DNA of 64,000 bases from Eledone cirrhosa (taxonomy: Eukaryota). The notes under the pieces are model-generated. The model ran no database searches. It saw nothing but the letters and a program-made list of their open reading frames with translations, and was not told the origin of the DNA. Below are positions 26,067 through 39,012 of this stretch, in pieces. The stretch is from positions 336,474,001-336,538,000 of the forward strand of contig OZ024741.1 of assembly GCA_964016885.1 (NCBI GenBank), read 5' to 3'. Position numbers and translations under genes: made by a program. The stretch's first letter is position 1. Each line of letters opens with the position of its first letter.

Positions 26067-26645
26067 AGGGCGGTGGATTGGCAGTATCGGTAGAGGGTCG
26101 GACATGCTTTCCAGCATAGTTACGTCCCTTTACGATCTGAGTTCAAATCCCGCCGAGGTTGACTTTGCCTTTCATCCTTACGGGGTCGATAAAATAAAAG
26201 TACCAGTAATGCACTGGGTAATTGCTGGCCTTGTGCCTAAAGTAGAAACAATTATTTAATAATTATTTCTACTTTTGGCACAAGGCCAGCAATTACCCAG
26301 TGTATTACTGGTACTTTTATTTTATCGACCCCGTAAGGATGAAAGGCAAAGTCAACCTCGGCGGGATTTGAACTCAGATCGTAAAGGGACGTAACTATGC
26401 GTCAAAGCATAGCATCCAACCCCCTACCGATACTCCAATCCACCGCCCTTGTATTGTTTAATAATTGTTTCTACTTTTGGCACAAGGCCAGCAATTATCC
26501 CAGTGTATTACTGGTACTTTATTTTATCGACCCCGTAAGGATGAAAGGCAAAGTTAACCTCGGCGGGATTTGAACTCAGACCATAAAGGGCCATAACTCT
26601 TTGCTGCAAAGCATAGTGTCCGACTCTCTACCGATACTGCCAATG
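26067..26645. mobile_element. Three full-length SINEs: + (26067-26253), - (26262-26449), - (26462-26645)
   Basis: Each has A/B boxes, central domain and tail; the first two form a tail-to-tail inverted pair. Confidence 0.92.
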
Positions 26646-26737
26646 CACAAATGTTATCTAGTTATTCAGCAATCTTGTGTTGGTGTTTCATATAAGGTTA
26701 GCAGAACTACTGATGGCTGTGATCAACATGAGATGTT

Positions 26738-26875
26738 ATGGTCAACCTGAGAAGATTACAATTAGTTCGACAAGTCTTTAGTCAGCCTGAGAAGGTTTTA
26801 GTCAACTTGACAAGGCATTAGTCAGCCCGAGAAGGTTTTAGTCAAATTGACTAGGTTTTTAGACAATCTGAGATG
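26738..26875. repeat. 20-bp minisatellite with alternating variants
   Basis: tagtcagcctgagaaggttt / tagtcaacttgacaaggcat. Confidence 0.75.
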
Positions 26876-27439
26876 GCTATAGATGGAAACATTCCAAAAG
26901 GGCTGCACAATAAGATTAAATCAAACATGGAATTACATTGTGAAACAACTTTCTGTATCTACCATGCTTTGTAGAGTGTTTTTCATCATCATCATCGTCA
27001 TCATTTAAAGTTTGTTTTTCTCAGCTAGCAAAAGCTGGATGAGTTGACACAGGCCATGTCAGTACTCAAATGGGGCTACTAACCTCTCAGTTGGGACGGG
27101 AGCCTGCATCTTGCCTACTTACGTCTCTGCACTCTACCAAGTGCATTATAATGGCATAAGCACTAAGGAAGTTATGCCTTTAACACATTTGAAGAGTCCT
27201 CCTGACCCTTTGACATGTTTTTTATGGCTGGAAGCTCTTCAAAACACCAACCACTTTACAGAGTGTACTGAGTGCAATTATTGTGTAAATTATCAACATT
27301 AGGAGGTTTCATATCTTTGACATAACTAAACAATTCTCTTGGTCCTGTGTTTCACATATGTTCTATGGCTGGGTGACCTTCCTATAAGCAAATACTTTAC
27401 AGGGTGTACTAGGTGTGTTTATCTTGTAGATCACCAACA

Positions 27440-27440
<1 letters not shown>

Positions 27441-27471
<31 letters not shown>

Positions 27472-29031
27472 GGTTTAGCGTCCGTGTTCCACGCTTGCAT
27501 GGGTTTGGACGGGGGTTTTCCCACTTGAGGCAAGAGTGGTTGTCTTGCTCGCATAGGACTGTCTGGCGGGTTTTCTACAGTTGGATGCCCTTCCTAACAC
27601 CAACCACATTTACAGTGTGGGGCTGGGAGGTTTTTACCGTGTTGCCTACACGGCCACATTACAGCGTGGACTGTCTGGCGGGTTTTCTACAGCTGGATGC
27701 CCTTCCTAACACCAACCACATTTACAGTGTGGGGCTGGGAGGTTTTTACCGTGTTGCCTACACGGCCACATTACAGCGTGGACTGTCTGGCGGGTTTTCT
27801 ACAGTTGGATGCCCTTCCTAACACCAACCACATTTACAGTGTGGGGCTGGGAGGTTTTTACCGTGTTGCCTACACGGCCACATTACAGCGTGGACTGTCT
27901 GGCGGGTTTTCTACAGCTGGATGCCCTTCCTAACACCAACCACATTTACAGTGTGGGGCTGGGAGGTTTTTACCGTGTTGCCTACACGGCCACATTTACA
28001 GCGTGGACTGTGTGTTTTTTGTCGTGACACCTACACGATCTCATTTGTTTCGGCCTGGATGTTGTGGGACCAACATAACTTTACATTGAAAGGGGCGGTG
28101 TGGGTGGGGTGGAGGTGGTGGGACGGGGGTGTGTTTTGATAGAGGTGCCTACTGACTGTAGTAGGTTTTTACTTTGTATTTAGGTAAGGCGGGTCTTCTC
28201 TATTACTGAGTACCGCCAAAGGTCTCGGTCCAGTGACATTGTCTTGGAGAGGTGTAAGCGTGTGAGGTCGGAATTTATCAGCTCGTCCCATGTTTTTCTG
28301 GGTCTGCCTACTCCGTGGCTACCGTCTATCTTTATTGCCCTGCACTTTGTTATACAGCTGTCGTCTTTCATGCGCATCACGTGACCGTACCAACGTAGCC
28401 TTCTCTCGAGTAAACAACATCTGATCCCTCTTATTTCTAATTTTTTCCTTAGTTCGTTTATGCTTTGCCGTTCACGTATATTACTATTGCACATCCAGCG
28501 GAGCATGCAAGCTTCGTTCCTCTCTAGTCTGCGTATATCCTCTGCACACAATGCCCAGGTCTCACTGCCATGCAGCATTGCTGTTCGTATGCAGGCATCG
28601 TATAACCTGCCTTTCATTTTTAGGGAGAACCCTCTAGCGGCTAATAGTGGTATAAGCTCTCTGAACTTTTTCCATCCAGTTCTGACTCTAGCTACTGTAC
28701 TTTCAGAGCACCCTCCCCCACTGCTGATTTTGTCACCCAGATAACAGAAGCTGTCCACTATTTCTATAGAACCCTCTGCGTAGTTGAAGGAGCTAGTATT
28801 TTGTGGGCACTTGCTGCTACTTATTGCACCAGAGCACCGGCCACATGTAAAATCTATGTTCTTAGTTAGCTTACCTGTGATCCCACTACATCTTTTATGC
28901 ACCCATACTTTGCATTTGGGACATAAAATGGAGTTTCTACCTACGCCTTTCCTACACACTGAGCATGGCCATTTCCCCGATGGGACCGCCGCCTTATTTT
29001 CTTTCCTACAAACTAGAACTTTAGTCTTAGC
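27441..29031 (-). mobile_element. 5'-truncated young RTE LINE with open ORF C-terminal half (28180-29030)
   Basis: KTKVLV, WPCSVCRKGVGRNSILCPKCKVWVHKRCSG..CGRC, IVDSFCYLG, RRLRWYGHV, GRPRKTW; 3'UTR; (CAT)n tail 27441-27470; possible TSD aacaca. Confidence 0.94.
27556..28008. repeat. 112-bp tandem repeat, 4 copies, inside the RTE 3'UTR
   Basis: The ORF-track peptide MPFLTPTTFTVWGWEV restarts at 27697, 27809 and 27921, a period of 112. Confidence 0.95.
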
Positions 29032-29639
29032 CTAAAGTTCTAAACACAATGGACACAAATGAAAAATCCTCCTGACCCCTTTGTTTGGCATGTTTTCTAT
29101 GGCTGGATTCCCTTCCTATCAGCAACTTCTTTACAGAGTGTACTAGGTGTGTTTATCATATAGATCACCAGCAAAATATCTTCCCGGCTCTTTGTTTGGC
29201 AGGTTTTCTATGGCTGGATGCCCAAACTATCACCAACCAATTCAGTATTTATTTATTTTGTTCTAGACATTTCTGTTTAAGCTGTTCTACATGTACAGTT
29301 CAATAACTGCAAATGGCATATCTTAACCAATGGTGTGTTTTCTTCTTGTTTTCTTTTTTTCTATGAAAGAGGAAAGATATAGAAGCAAGAGAGAGATATC
29401 ACCCTTCTTCATGTTTCTGCATAACTTTATATTTCTATGGAGCTTACCATTCTTAGTTCTTAGTATTAATTTGGTGGATTGGATTTTCAATGATCTCTTC
29501 AAAATTGTCCAGAGGCAATTTGGTTTCACTTGTATTGAACAAACAAAACAATAAAAAAGAAACAAAACAAAAAGGAAAGAAATATCAAGATTGAGTTAAA
29601 GGTTGATGGGGAAAAGTAAGATGGTAGTTCCTAAAACTT

Positions 29640-30090
29640 TTTTATTTTACTTATAATCTATTTATTTTTTATTTTTATGTCTTTTATTTACATATCTATT
29701 GTTTGTTTTATATATATTTTACTTACATATCTAATTTTTTTATTTTTCATTTATCTTATTTACATATATATTTAATGTTTATTTATTCTACTTATCTATC
29801 TATTTTTAATTTTTTATGTCTTTTATTTAAATATCTATTTTTTATTTTATATATATTTTATTTACATATATTTTTTTATTTTTTATTTAAATATCTATTT
29901 ATTTTTTATTTTATATATGATTTATTTACACATATTTTTCATTTTTTATTTCAATATCTATTTATTTTTTATTTTATATATATTTTACTTATATATCTAT
30001 TTTTTGTTTATATATATATTTAATTTTGATTTATTTTATTTACACATGTATTTTTTAAAATTTATTTTATTTATTATATTTACTTTTTTT
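29640..30090. repeat. T/A-rich low-complexity tandem array
   Basis: Recurring ttatttaaatatctatttatttttt. Confidence 0.8.
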
Positions 30091-30340
30091 AATGAGCTAT
30101 CAAATAGTAAAACGTGAATTTGCTGCAGGGGGAAAATGTTGACCTTATGTATTTTAGCTGTGTTACTGATCTGTTGAAAAGGAATGGGATACGAAGAACA
30201 ATATTAATGCACTTAAGGAGATTTACAACCTGTAGTGTTGATGCTTCTACTTCTGCTTCTCATAATAACCAGCATGACAATGATAAGCTGCTATAGCAGT
30301 GAAAAGCAAATTTAGCTTCACCACAACTGGTTCTCATATA

Positions 30341-30832
30341 TCTTCTTCTTCTTCTTCTTCTTCTTCTTCTCCTTATCCCCCCCCCCCTCCTCGTTTTCTT
30401 TTCTTTTTCTTTTTCTTTTCCTTTTCTTCTTTTCTTTTTCTTCTTTTCCTTTCTTTTTCTTCTTTCCTTTTCTTTTTTCTTTCTTCTTCTTCTTCTTCTT
30501 CTTTTTTTTCTTCTTCTTCTTTTTCTTCTTTCTTTTTCTTCCACTTACTCATGAGAGGGTCATGGGGGCAGAGTCTTTAAACAGTCCTTCCAGCAGGTCC
30601 TGTCAGAGTCTGATCAGGCTGGATCTCCAATCGAGACCAGCCAAGCTCATGGATGTTATCCAACTATCTTGCTCGGGGTCTACCACTGGATCTCCTGTCA
30701 GTTGATTTTGGCCATAAAATCTGTCCAGCTATTCTTTACTGGGACATTCTAACCACATGCCCATACTAGAGCTATGATCTCTCAATTTGGAGAAGTAGCA
30801 GCTCTACCTGGAGTGACTCTCTGATTGCTGAC
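30341..30832 (-). mobile_element. RTE (Expander/Rex3-like) 3' fragment with expanded (GAA)n tail
   Basis: The minus strand encodes YGHVVRMSQ.RIA..DNIHELGWSRL..SDRTCWKDCL; the tail is the (CTT)n tract 30341-30540. Same family as 37225-37520. Confidence 0.75.
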
Positions 30833-33003
30833 ATACACACTGTGTGTGTGCGTGTATTTATTTATTTATATTCAATATAAGAAATCCAATAGCATTCCAA
30901 TTTTATTAGAGTATTTCAATTTTATCAATATTTAATGAATAGAAGGTGAAATTAATTTTAGTAATTAGCAAACACAGAAATGTTTATTTACTAAACTTAA
31001 TGAGATATTTCATTAATTAAAAAATTTAAAATTAGATCTTCAAACAATTAAAATCTTGGTGTTGTTTAGCTTTAGGTCATTCCTGATCAGACATATAACT
31101 AGAAGCATTTTAGCCAGGAGACATGCCATCAATTTTGTTTCTTTTTGTTGTTTTTGCAGTCATATTGTAGTGAGGATTAGATTATTTAACTTTGTTTCCT
31201 TTTTAAATTTAGTACAATGTATTTGAGGGAGATATGACTGTAGGAGTTCATATCCTCAGCCTTCAAGAAATACGTTTTCAAAATGAAACAACTGCATTTG
31301 GGCCACAGATTTTGTTAATCTTTTCATTACCACATTTCTAATAAAACACACTGGCTATGTATTTCATTTAATTTTTAAAATATCCAATTATTTTTAAAGA
31401 ATTTAATAAATTAACTATGTTTTTTGTTAGTAAGCTGATATATACAACATTATTTAAGAAATTTTTAATTTTCATATTATGATGAAAGGTATTTATATAG
31501 GAATAAGACATGCCCATATTTTCTTTATTACTACTTCCAGTCTTTGGCATTGTTTTTATAGTTAGTTACTCTCTCACTAGCCAAATAATTTGCAGTTTCG
31601 GTGGGGAGCAGTTATTATTTTACAAAACAAATATGGTGTCACCTGGTTTAATTCTTTTGTTAACATATTTCTAATGAAATACACTAATAATTTTCTAATA
31701 AATTTGAAAATAATCAAAAATTTGGTGGGATTTAGTAATATAACTAACTCTCTTATTATTAAGCAGTTGGATAGAATATAACAAATGTTCTTACATAAAA
31801 TTGTGAGTTTTTAAAAAATAAATATTTCTAATGAAAGACACTGCCTATGATTTTAAAATAATCATACATTTGGAAAGATTTAGTAATATAACTGACTTTC
31901 TCATTATTAAGCTGGTGTTTGGAGAATATCTTAGCAAAGTTTTTTTTCATAAAATTATGACAGGAGGTTTTTAGATAAATATAAGTAGTTAAGAATATAG
32001 AAATATGCATCCTAGAATGAAGGGCAGTTTGATATCAAATAGGTTAACACCACTATTGGGTCATTAGGTGTCTTTAGCATAGTCCACCCTGTTGCAAGTA
32101 TTCAGATCAATCTATATTTTGAACATACCTCCCTTCCACCAGTTTTGGAGGTTGTGAAAAGGGCCATAAGCTCTCTTCTTCCCTCCCTCACTTAATTTGA
32201 ACCAGCTGCAGAAACTATGCCAAAAACAGGTTGAGAAGACTCCTTAGATGTGTCCGTGGGGGACAACAATTTCTCTAGGGTTGGTGATATGATAAAACAC
32301 ACTCAGTGCAATCTGTAAAGCGGCTAGTGATAGGAAAGCATCCAGCCATAGAAAACCTGTCAAAGGATTGAGAAGATTCTTCAGTTGTGTCAAAGACATG
32401 GCAACCTCTTTAGTGTTAGTACTGCAATTGAATACAACTGGTGCACTTTGTTGAGTGCAGGGAATGTATGTAAGTGTGGGTCTCTAGCCAATCTGAGATG
32501 TCAGATGCTCCAATTAAATACTGACTTGATCTGCAATGACTCCCATCAAAACCTTGCTAGCAAGAAAACCTGATGTTAAAGGATGATGATGATGTAACCA
32601 ATTATTAAAAAATTAGAGCTTTATTTATTTGTTTCCTCAGATATAATACAGGAGTATATTCTTTTGATGAAGGTGCAGAGCATAGTTGTTAGAGTTTTCA
32701 GCTCATATTCATAAGGTCATGAATTTTATTCCTGATAGTTTGTTGTGTCCTTGGGCATGGCATTTTCCCAGGCCACAGGAAAATGTGAGTTGGGCCTGTA
32801 TTTCAAAGGGTCAACTTAGTAAAACTATATCAGAAAATCACATTAAGGTTTCATGTATTTGGGAAATGTTCAACCACTTGCACATTAATTTCATGAACAG
32901 GTTGTTCCATTGATTAGCTGGAACATTCTTTGTTGGAACTGACAGAGGTACAACAAAAAATGTTTCTGGAGCTTTTCAGCCATGCTGTTTATTTTTAATA
33001 TAA

Positions 33004-33194
33004 TAATTGTTTCTACTTTTTGGCACAAGGCCAGCAATTACCCAGTGCATTACTGGTACTTTATTTTATCGGCCCCGTAAGGATGAAAGGCAAAGTTAAC
33101 CTCGGTGGGATTTGAACTCAGAATGGCAAGGGCCGTAACTCTCTGCGTCAATGCATGGCGTCCGACTCTCTACCGATACTGCCAATCCACCGCC
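33004..33194 (-). mobile_element. Full-length tRNA-derived SINE
   Basis: Reverse complement of the main SINE consensus. Confidence 0.9.
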
Positions 33195-33224
33195 ATTTTT
33201 AATATAATAATAATCTCATAAATA

Positions 33225-33458
33225 TTAACCCATTACTCAGTATAACATGGATGTCTTTAGCCCATTTTAACATGGATATTTTTAACCCAGTCTAACATGG
33301 ATGTCTTTAGCTCAGTTTAACACAGATGTCTTTAGCCCAGTTTAATATTGATGTCTTTAGTCCAGTTTAACGTGGATGTCTTTATCCCCGTTTAACATGG
33401 ATGTCTTTATCCCATTTTAACATGGGTGCCTTCAGCCACATCTAACATGGGTGTCTTT
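33225..33458. repeat. 26-bp minisatellite, about 9 copies
   Basis: taacatggatgtctttagcccagttt. Confidence 0.88.
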
Positions 33459-36329
33459 ACCACAGTATGTTACATAACATTTTGTTCAGGTTTTCCCTTC
33501 TTGAGTTATTCTGAAGCCCTTTGTTGGTAAAAATGAACAAATAAAAAAGAAGATATTTTAAAAAATACCCTCTTTTCATAAGGTAATCCTTGGAAAAAAA
33601 TGTCTTCTGGATACAATTCTGTAATAAACGTTTGTGTCCATGGAAAACAATGAAAACCACAACTGCAAAAACAACAGTAAACTCCATGTGTTGTAAAAGA
33701 ATTTTCTTAAAGAAGGAAAATAAATATTAAATTAGTAATGTAAAATTATTTTTGCGCTGTTTAAAAATGAATAAAATATTTACTCAAGCAACGGTGGATT
33801 CTCTTTATTTTACTATATTCTGCAAATATGGCATACTGAAGATTAGGTACTATTTTAAATATTATAAATATTTCCAGATTAGAAAATAATATTTGGTGAA
33901 TTTCTGAACAAGAAATTGTATATAGGGGCAATATTTAAATGCTATTTTAAACTGGAATATTTGTAGGAAAATATGAAACCTTAGCATCTAAAAATTAAGG
34001 ATAATATTCATATTCTCTCTTTTGTTCTTGCTTTCTCTCTCCCTCTCAATATTCTCCCACTCCTCTCTCTCTCTCACTCATAATATCCCTCTTCCATTTT
34101 CTCGCAGTATGCGCCTCTTTCTCTCTCTTAATATCTCTTTCTGTCTCATAATATCTTTCTTTCTCTCAGTCTCCCGCTCTCTGTCACTGTCTCCCATTCA
34201 TTCACACGGTTTCACACACACACACACACACACACATACACACACTCTATCCCTCTATTTCTTTCATTCTCTCTCTCTCTCTCGCTCTCACACAACATAA
34301 TGTTAATAAAATTTGCATTTATGCTGGAAATCTAAGAATTAAAAGAAAAAAAACCCATTAAAAACACATAACTGTTTATATATTAATATTAGAAGTGTTT
34401 TGAATGGATCGTTTCTAAATGTGACCAAATATTAATATTTAAAGTGTTTTCATAGGATTGTTTTATAAATATAAACAAACTCCTTTATCATAACACATTC
34501 ACATTTTTCTGGTGCAAAGCCTTCCTATTTTAACAATCATATTGAAATGTCACTGAGCCCTATATTACTTTGCACACGATAAAACACAAAGTTGTTATAT
34601 TTGAATTTTATTACGTGCTTAACTGCAAGTAATTTAAAACTGCAAAGATTAACATATATATGTGGGGAAAAAATATATTGCCTTGAGTTTCCTAAACTAC
34701 TGGGCATATTTTCAGCATATTTAGAATCAGTAATACATCAAACTAAAATGCATTCTTGCTTTGATATCAATAAATAATAACTCTTTCTAACCTGTTAAAA
34801 AATAAATTTAACAATACTTTTTAAAAAATTATACTGTATCATCATCATCATTATCATCATTATCATAATCGTCTTCATTATCATTATCATCATTATCATC
34901 ATCACCATCACCGTCATTGTCGTTGGCATTTAATATGCATTTTCCCTGCTAGTAAGAATTGGACTGATTTATATAGACCAAGTCAGTATTTAAACGGCAC
35001 TACTGATCTCCCAGACAGACTAAAGGTTTGTTATCTTGCTTACGTCTGATCTCATATTTTACTGAATGCACAGGAGAGGTTGTCATGTTTTTGACATAAC
35101 TGAAGTGTCATCCCAACCCTTTATTTGACAAGCTTTCTATGGGTAGATGCTTTTTCTATCCCCAACCACTTTACAACATATACTGGGTTCATTTATCATA
35201 TAGATCACCAGCACTAGGGAGGTGGCACTGTCCATGACACAACTGAAGGTTCCTCCCAACCCTTTGTTTTGCAAGCTTTCTATAGCTGCATGCTTTTCCT
35301 CACCCCAATCACTTTACAGTGTATACTGGGTACTTTTATTGTGTATATGACCAATACTAGGTAGGCTGTCATGTCCTTGACATGACTGAAGAGCCTCACA
35401 ATGCTTTACTTGATGTCCTTCTATCACCTGCTTGTCATAACTTATATGTAACTTGTAAAATAAACCTGCTATCATATAGTATGAAATTTAAAATGTATAA
35501 TTAATCTCTTGTTACTAATTTCAGGATGCATCTAATATTTTTCACTTGAGTTATTGTATGCATGTATATATGTTGTGTATGTGTATATATACCTGTAACT
35601 CTTGATGGAGTTGTAAGGGTGCCATAGTGTTATATGGTGTGTCTTGGACATGTTTTAAACCTGGTGGAGCCCATCTCCTCTCCAGGTCTGAACAAAGTTG
35701 AGTTCTTCCAGAGAATGAGAAAGAGAGAGAAGTAGTTTATCAAATGACTCACTTCAAATATGTTTATTTATTCTTCTTTTTTACTTGGTAACCCATCTAT
35801 TAGGTGCTTTCATATACATTGGCAGTAAATAGATTCAAGTTACAACTAAATGTAGACTATTCTCTTTTCTATAGTTGCTCATTGTAAAAATAATAATAAT
35901 CATAAAAATAGAAACATCTTCTCAGAGATATTTTTTGCTATTTAAAGTAGTAGAATGCTTGTCCACGAGTGATAGGCACACCTTGCTACAAGCATTGCTT
36001 GCTTTGTAGCCTTTGGCAAAACAGATTACTTCTTCTTTCCTCAGGCGATTTAGCTGAACAATGTATCATGGAAAGTTTGCTTACTGTAATGTTGTATCGC
36101 CGTAAAGGCTGCAACAATTCATGTAATTTTACAGATAAAGTAGTTTTTTTTTTCCTTTTTTTAATTAGTAAAATAAATGCTTAGCAACATAAGGATTGGA
36201 TTGACTTTACCTAAGGAATGGAATTCAATTGAATTGAAGAGATTTTGTTTCAAAACTAACATCTAAGTGGGAAGAATATTACAAATAAAAATTGATGATG
36301 TATCTTGAATGGAGACAGTTAACCATATA

Positions 36330-36510
36330 CAAGAATTGGCTGAAAAGTTCATAGGCTGACCAAGATATATGAGGTTTATTTTTCAACATAGTCCCTGGAA
36401 AGAAACAAAGCAGTTATTAATAAGAAGAGTTGAAATTAATACATGCAAGATTTCACAGCTTTAGCATCACTCCTTCATAGTCAGCCTATGAACTTTTCAG
36501 TCAAACCTCA
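36330..36510. mobile_element. Mariner-type MITE
   Basis: TIRs ttggctgaaaagttcataggctgac / gtcagcctatgaacttttcagtcaa, TA flanks; second copy at 55101-55274. Confidence 0.85.
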
Positions 36511-37224
36511 TATATTGAGCAGACAGTTATATAACCATATAACCAATCGTTGTTGTATTTAGAAGAAAAAAAAATGCATCAACATTCCTCATCATTATAA
36601 TCTGTATTCACTAACACAGATATAAAATTATTGATATAATATCAATATACAGAATTATATTCGAGCATGTAGATAGTGCATACTTCTGTAATTACACCTA
36701 TTCATAGAAGTTGTTTAATCAGTGGGTATTAATATTGACGATGAGAAATTTGAAATAGAAAATCACTGAACAGTGAACAAAAATAGAGATTTTAGAAACA
36801 ATCAAGCAATTAAAAGAAAGATAATAATATGTTGAGATTGTTGAAGATTTCAGAGGTTGTGGAGAGAAAAACAAATTATCGTTATTTAGTATATTCATTT
36901 ATGCTGAAGATTCAAGTTGTTTGCAATAAAATTTTCTCTTAGAGCAACTTAATAAGTCAAGGAACAAAATCAATGTTGGCTGACTTCTAACTATGATGAT
37001 GTTGCAGAACTAGAGTTATGAATTAGAATTGTATCATTGATTTGAAGGTGGATGCACATGTGTGTGTGTGTGGGGGGGGGGGGGGGGTGATATAATTAGT
37101 TGGGTTTCATAATATTCATAGGATTTTGAAAAATCCTATGAATTTAAATTATTGAAAATAATGTCGCAGATGGCATTTTAAGAATAGTTTATTGAAATTT
37201 TCAGTAGTTTGATAATCACAGCTC

Positions 37225-37520
37225 TGGTATTATTGGGAGGTAGTTAGAATGTCTCAAGAAAGAATTGCTAGACAGTTTTTACTGGCTACACTCACTGGCA
37301 GAAGGTCCAGGGGTAGACCCTGAACAAGATGTTTGGATAACATCCATGAGCTCGGCTGGTCTTGCCTTGGGATCCAGCCAAATCAGTGGGAAAATGGTTG
37401 CTTCTGACAGGACCTGCTGGAAAGAGTGTTTGAGGACTCTGCCCCAAGTACCTTCTCGTGAATAAGTGAGCGAAGAAGAAGATGATGAAGAAGGAGAAGG
37501 AGGAGACAAAGAAGGAGATG
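37225..37520 (+). mobile_element. RTE (Expander/Rex3-like) 3' fragment
   Basis: VVRMSQERIARQF..RSRGRP..LDNIHELGWSCLGI..ASDRTCWKECLRTLP, followed by a gaagaagaag tail. Confidence 0.75.
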
Positions 37521-38139
37521 AAGAAGGGGATGATGATGAATAGATTCAGTGTTGGAAGAATCTCAACAATTTCCATCACAATCACTTTTGATAGACAATG
37601 GAACAAAGTTTACTACTTAGTTGATATCACTATTGATGGTAACAGAACGGAAAATAACTCAGTGTCTAGGATCTGGCATAGTTTGTAGAATGATGACAAT
37701 ATATGAAATATATGAAATGCATGTAAAAATGCATGTAAAAAATTTAAATATAAATAAATCTTTAAAAATAACAAAGGTGAATGAGAAATTAAATGTACTG
37801 GGGTTGATTCTTCTTCTATATCTCTTCCTGAAAGTGTGTGGCTTAGCAGTTAGAGCATTGAGCTCATAATCATAAGGTTATGAGTTTGAATCCTGGAGTT
37901 ATGGGCTAGAAAGAAAAAAAAATGAAAGAAGAATGTGTAGAGAAAATCTAATAAGACAAATATCAATAAGAATCTATCTGTAGGCATTAGTGTAGTTGTC
38001 AATAGTTTTAACATCAAAAGATTGTGTTTATCTTACCCAAAATTATTTATATTCACACAAATCTTTCTTTTTAAACAGTTTAAAGGGAGACTAAGCATGA
38101 TGCTGTGCATGATAAGGCTGGCCTTTTAAATTATAAATA

Positions 38140-38600
38140 CACAAGAAAAAGCACCCAATCCACCCTGTAAGGTGATCTCCTGCTAGTGGCATGGGAAAAA
38201 GCACTCAGTCCATCCTGTAAGAAGGTCATGTTGGTGGCACATAAAAAAGCTCTTAGTCCATCCCGTAAGGTGGTCGTACTGGTGACAGAACAAAAGCATC
38301 CAGTCCACCCTGTAAGGTGGTCATGTTGGTAACAGAACAAAAACACCTAGTCCACCCTGTAATGTGGTCATGTTGATGACATGACAAAAAGCACACGGTC
38401 CAGCTTAGGTGTTAATTTCGGTTCCATGATAAAAAGCCTCCAGTCCACACTGTAAAGTGGTTTGCATCAAGCTGTAGAAACCAAGCCAAAATACAGATCC
38501 ACATGAGCACAATGTGGTCTCTGGACATGACTTCTTTCATAATGTAACAACTCTTCTAACTCATGTAAGCATGGACAAATAGACATTAAACAGTGATGAT
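38140..38600 (+). repeat. About 46-bp minisatellite (about 7 copies) ending in an RTE 3' tail
   Basis: Unit aaaaagcacccagtccaccctgtaaggtggtcatgttggtgac; ends gcatggacaaatagacattaaacagtgatgat. Confidence 0.8.
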
Positions 38601-38821
38601 ACCTATGTCAGTTGAAAAGACTGGAGCAAGTCTCAAAGATACAACATGCCACCAGTTATCGAACTTAAAATGCTATGCCATGCACCTTCACATATATATA
38701 TATGCACATTCATAAAATGTTGCTTAGGGAAGGTAACATTTTTATTGATAATATTAGTGAGGCTGGTGAAGTGGATGGATTGGGCAGAATTGGTAGAGCA
38801 GCCATCTGATATAACATCATT

Positions 38822-39012
38822 AGGGCGGTGGATTGGCAGTATCGGTAGAGGGTCAGACACTATGCTTTGATGCATAGAGTTACGGCCCTTGCCATTCTGA
38901 GTTCAAATCCCGCCATGGTTAACTTTGCCTTTCATCCTTATGGGGTCGATAAAATAAAGTACCAGTAATACACTGGGTAATTGCTGGCCTTGTACCAAAA
39001 GTAGAAACAATT
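38822..39012 (+). mobile_element. Full-length tRNA-derived SINE
   Basis: Main SINE consensus, flanked by partial older copies. Confidence 0.9.

Noticed and set aside
35985-36102. Possible pre-miRNA hairpin
   Set aside because: Pairing is short and interrupted, and no recognised mature sequence.
37114-37143. 13-bp perfect hairpin
   Set aside because: Short, AT-rich and without associated features; it may be chance.
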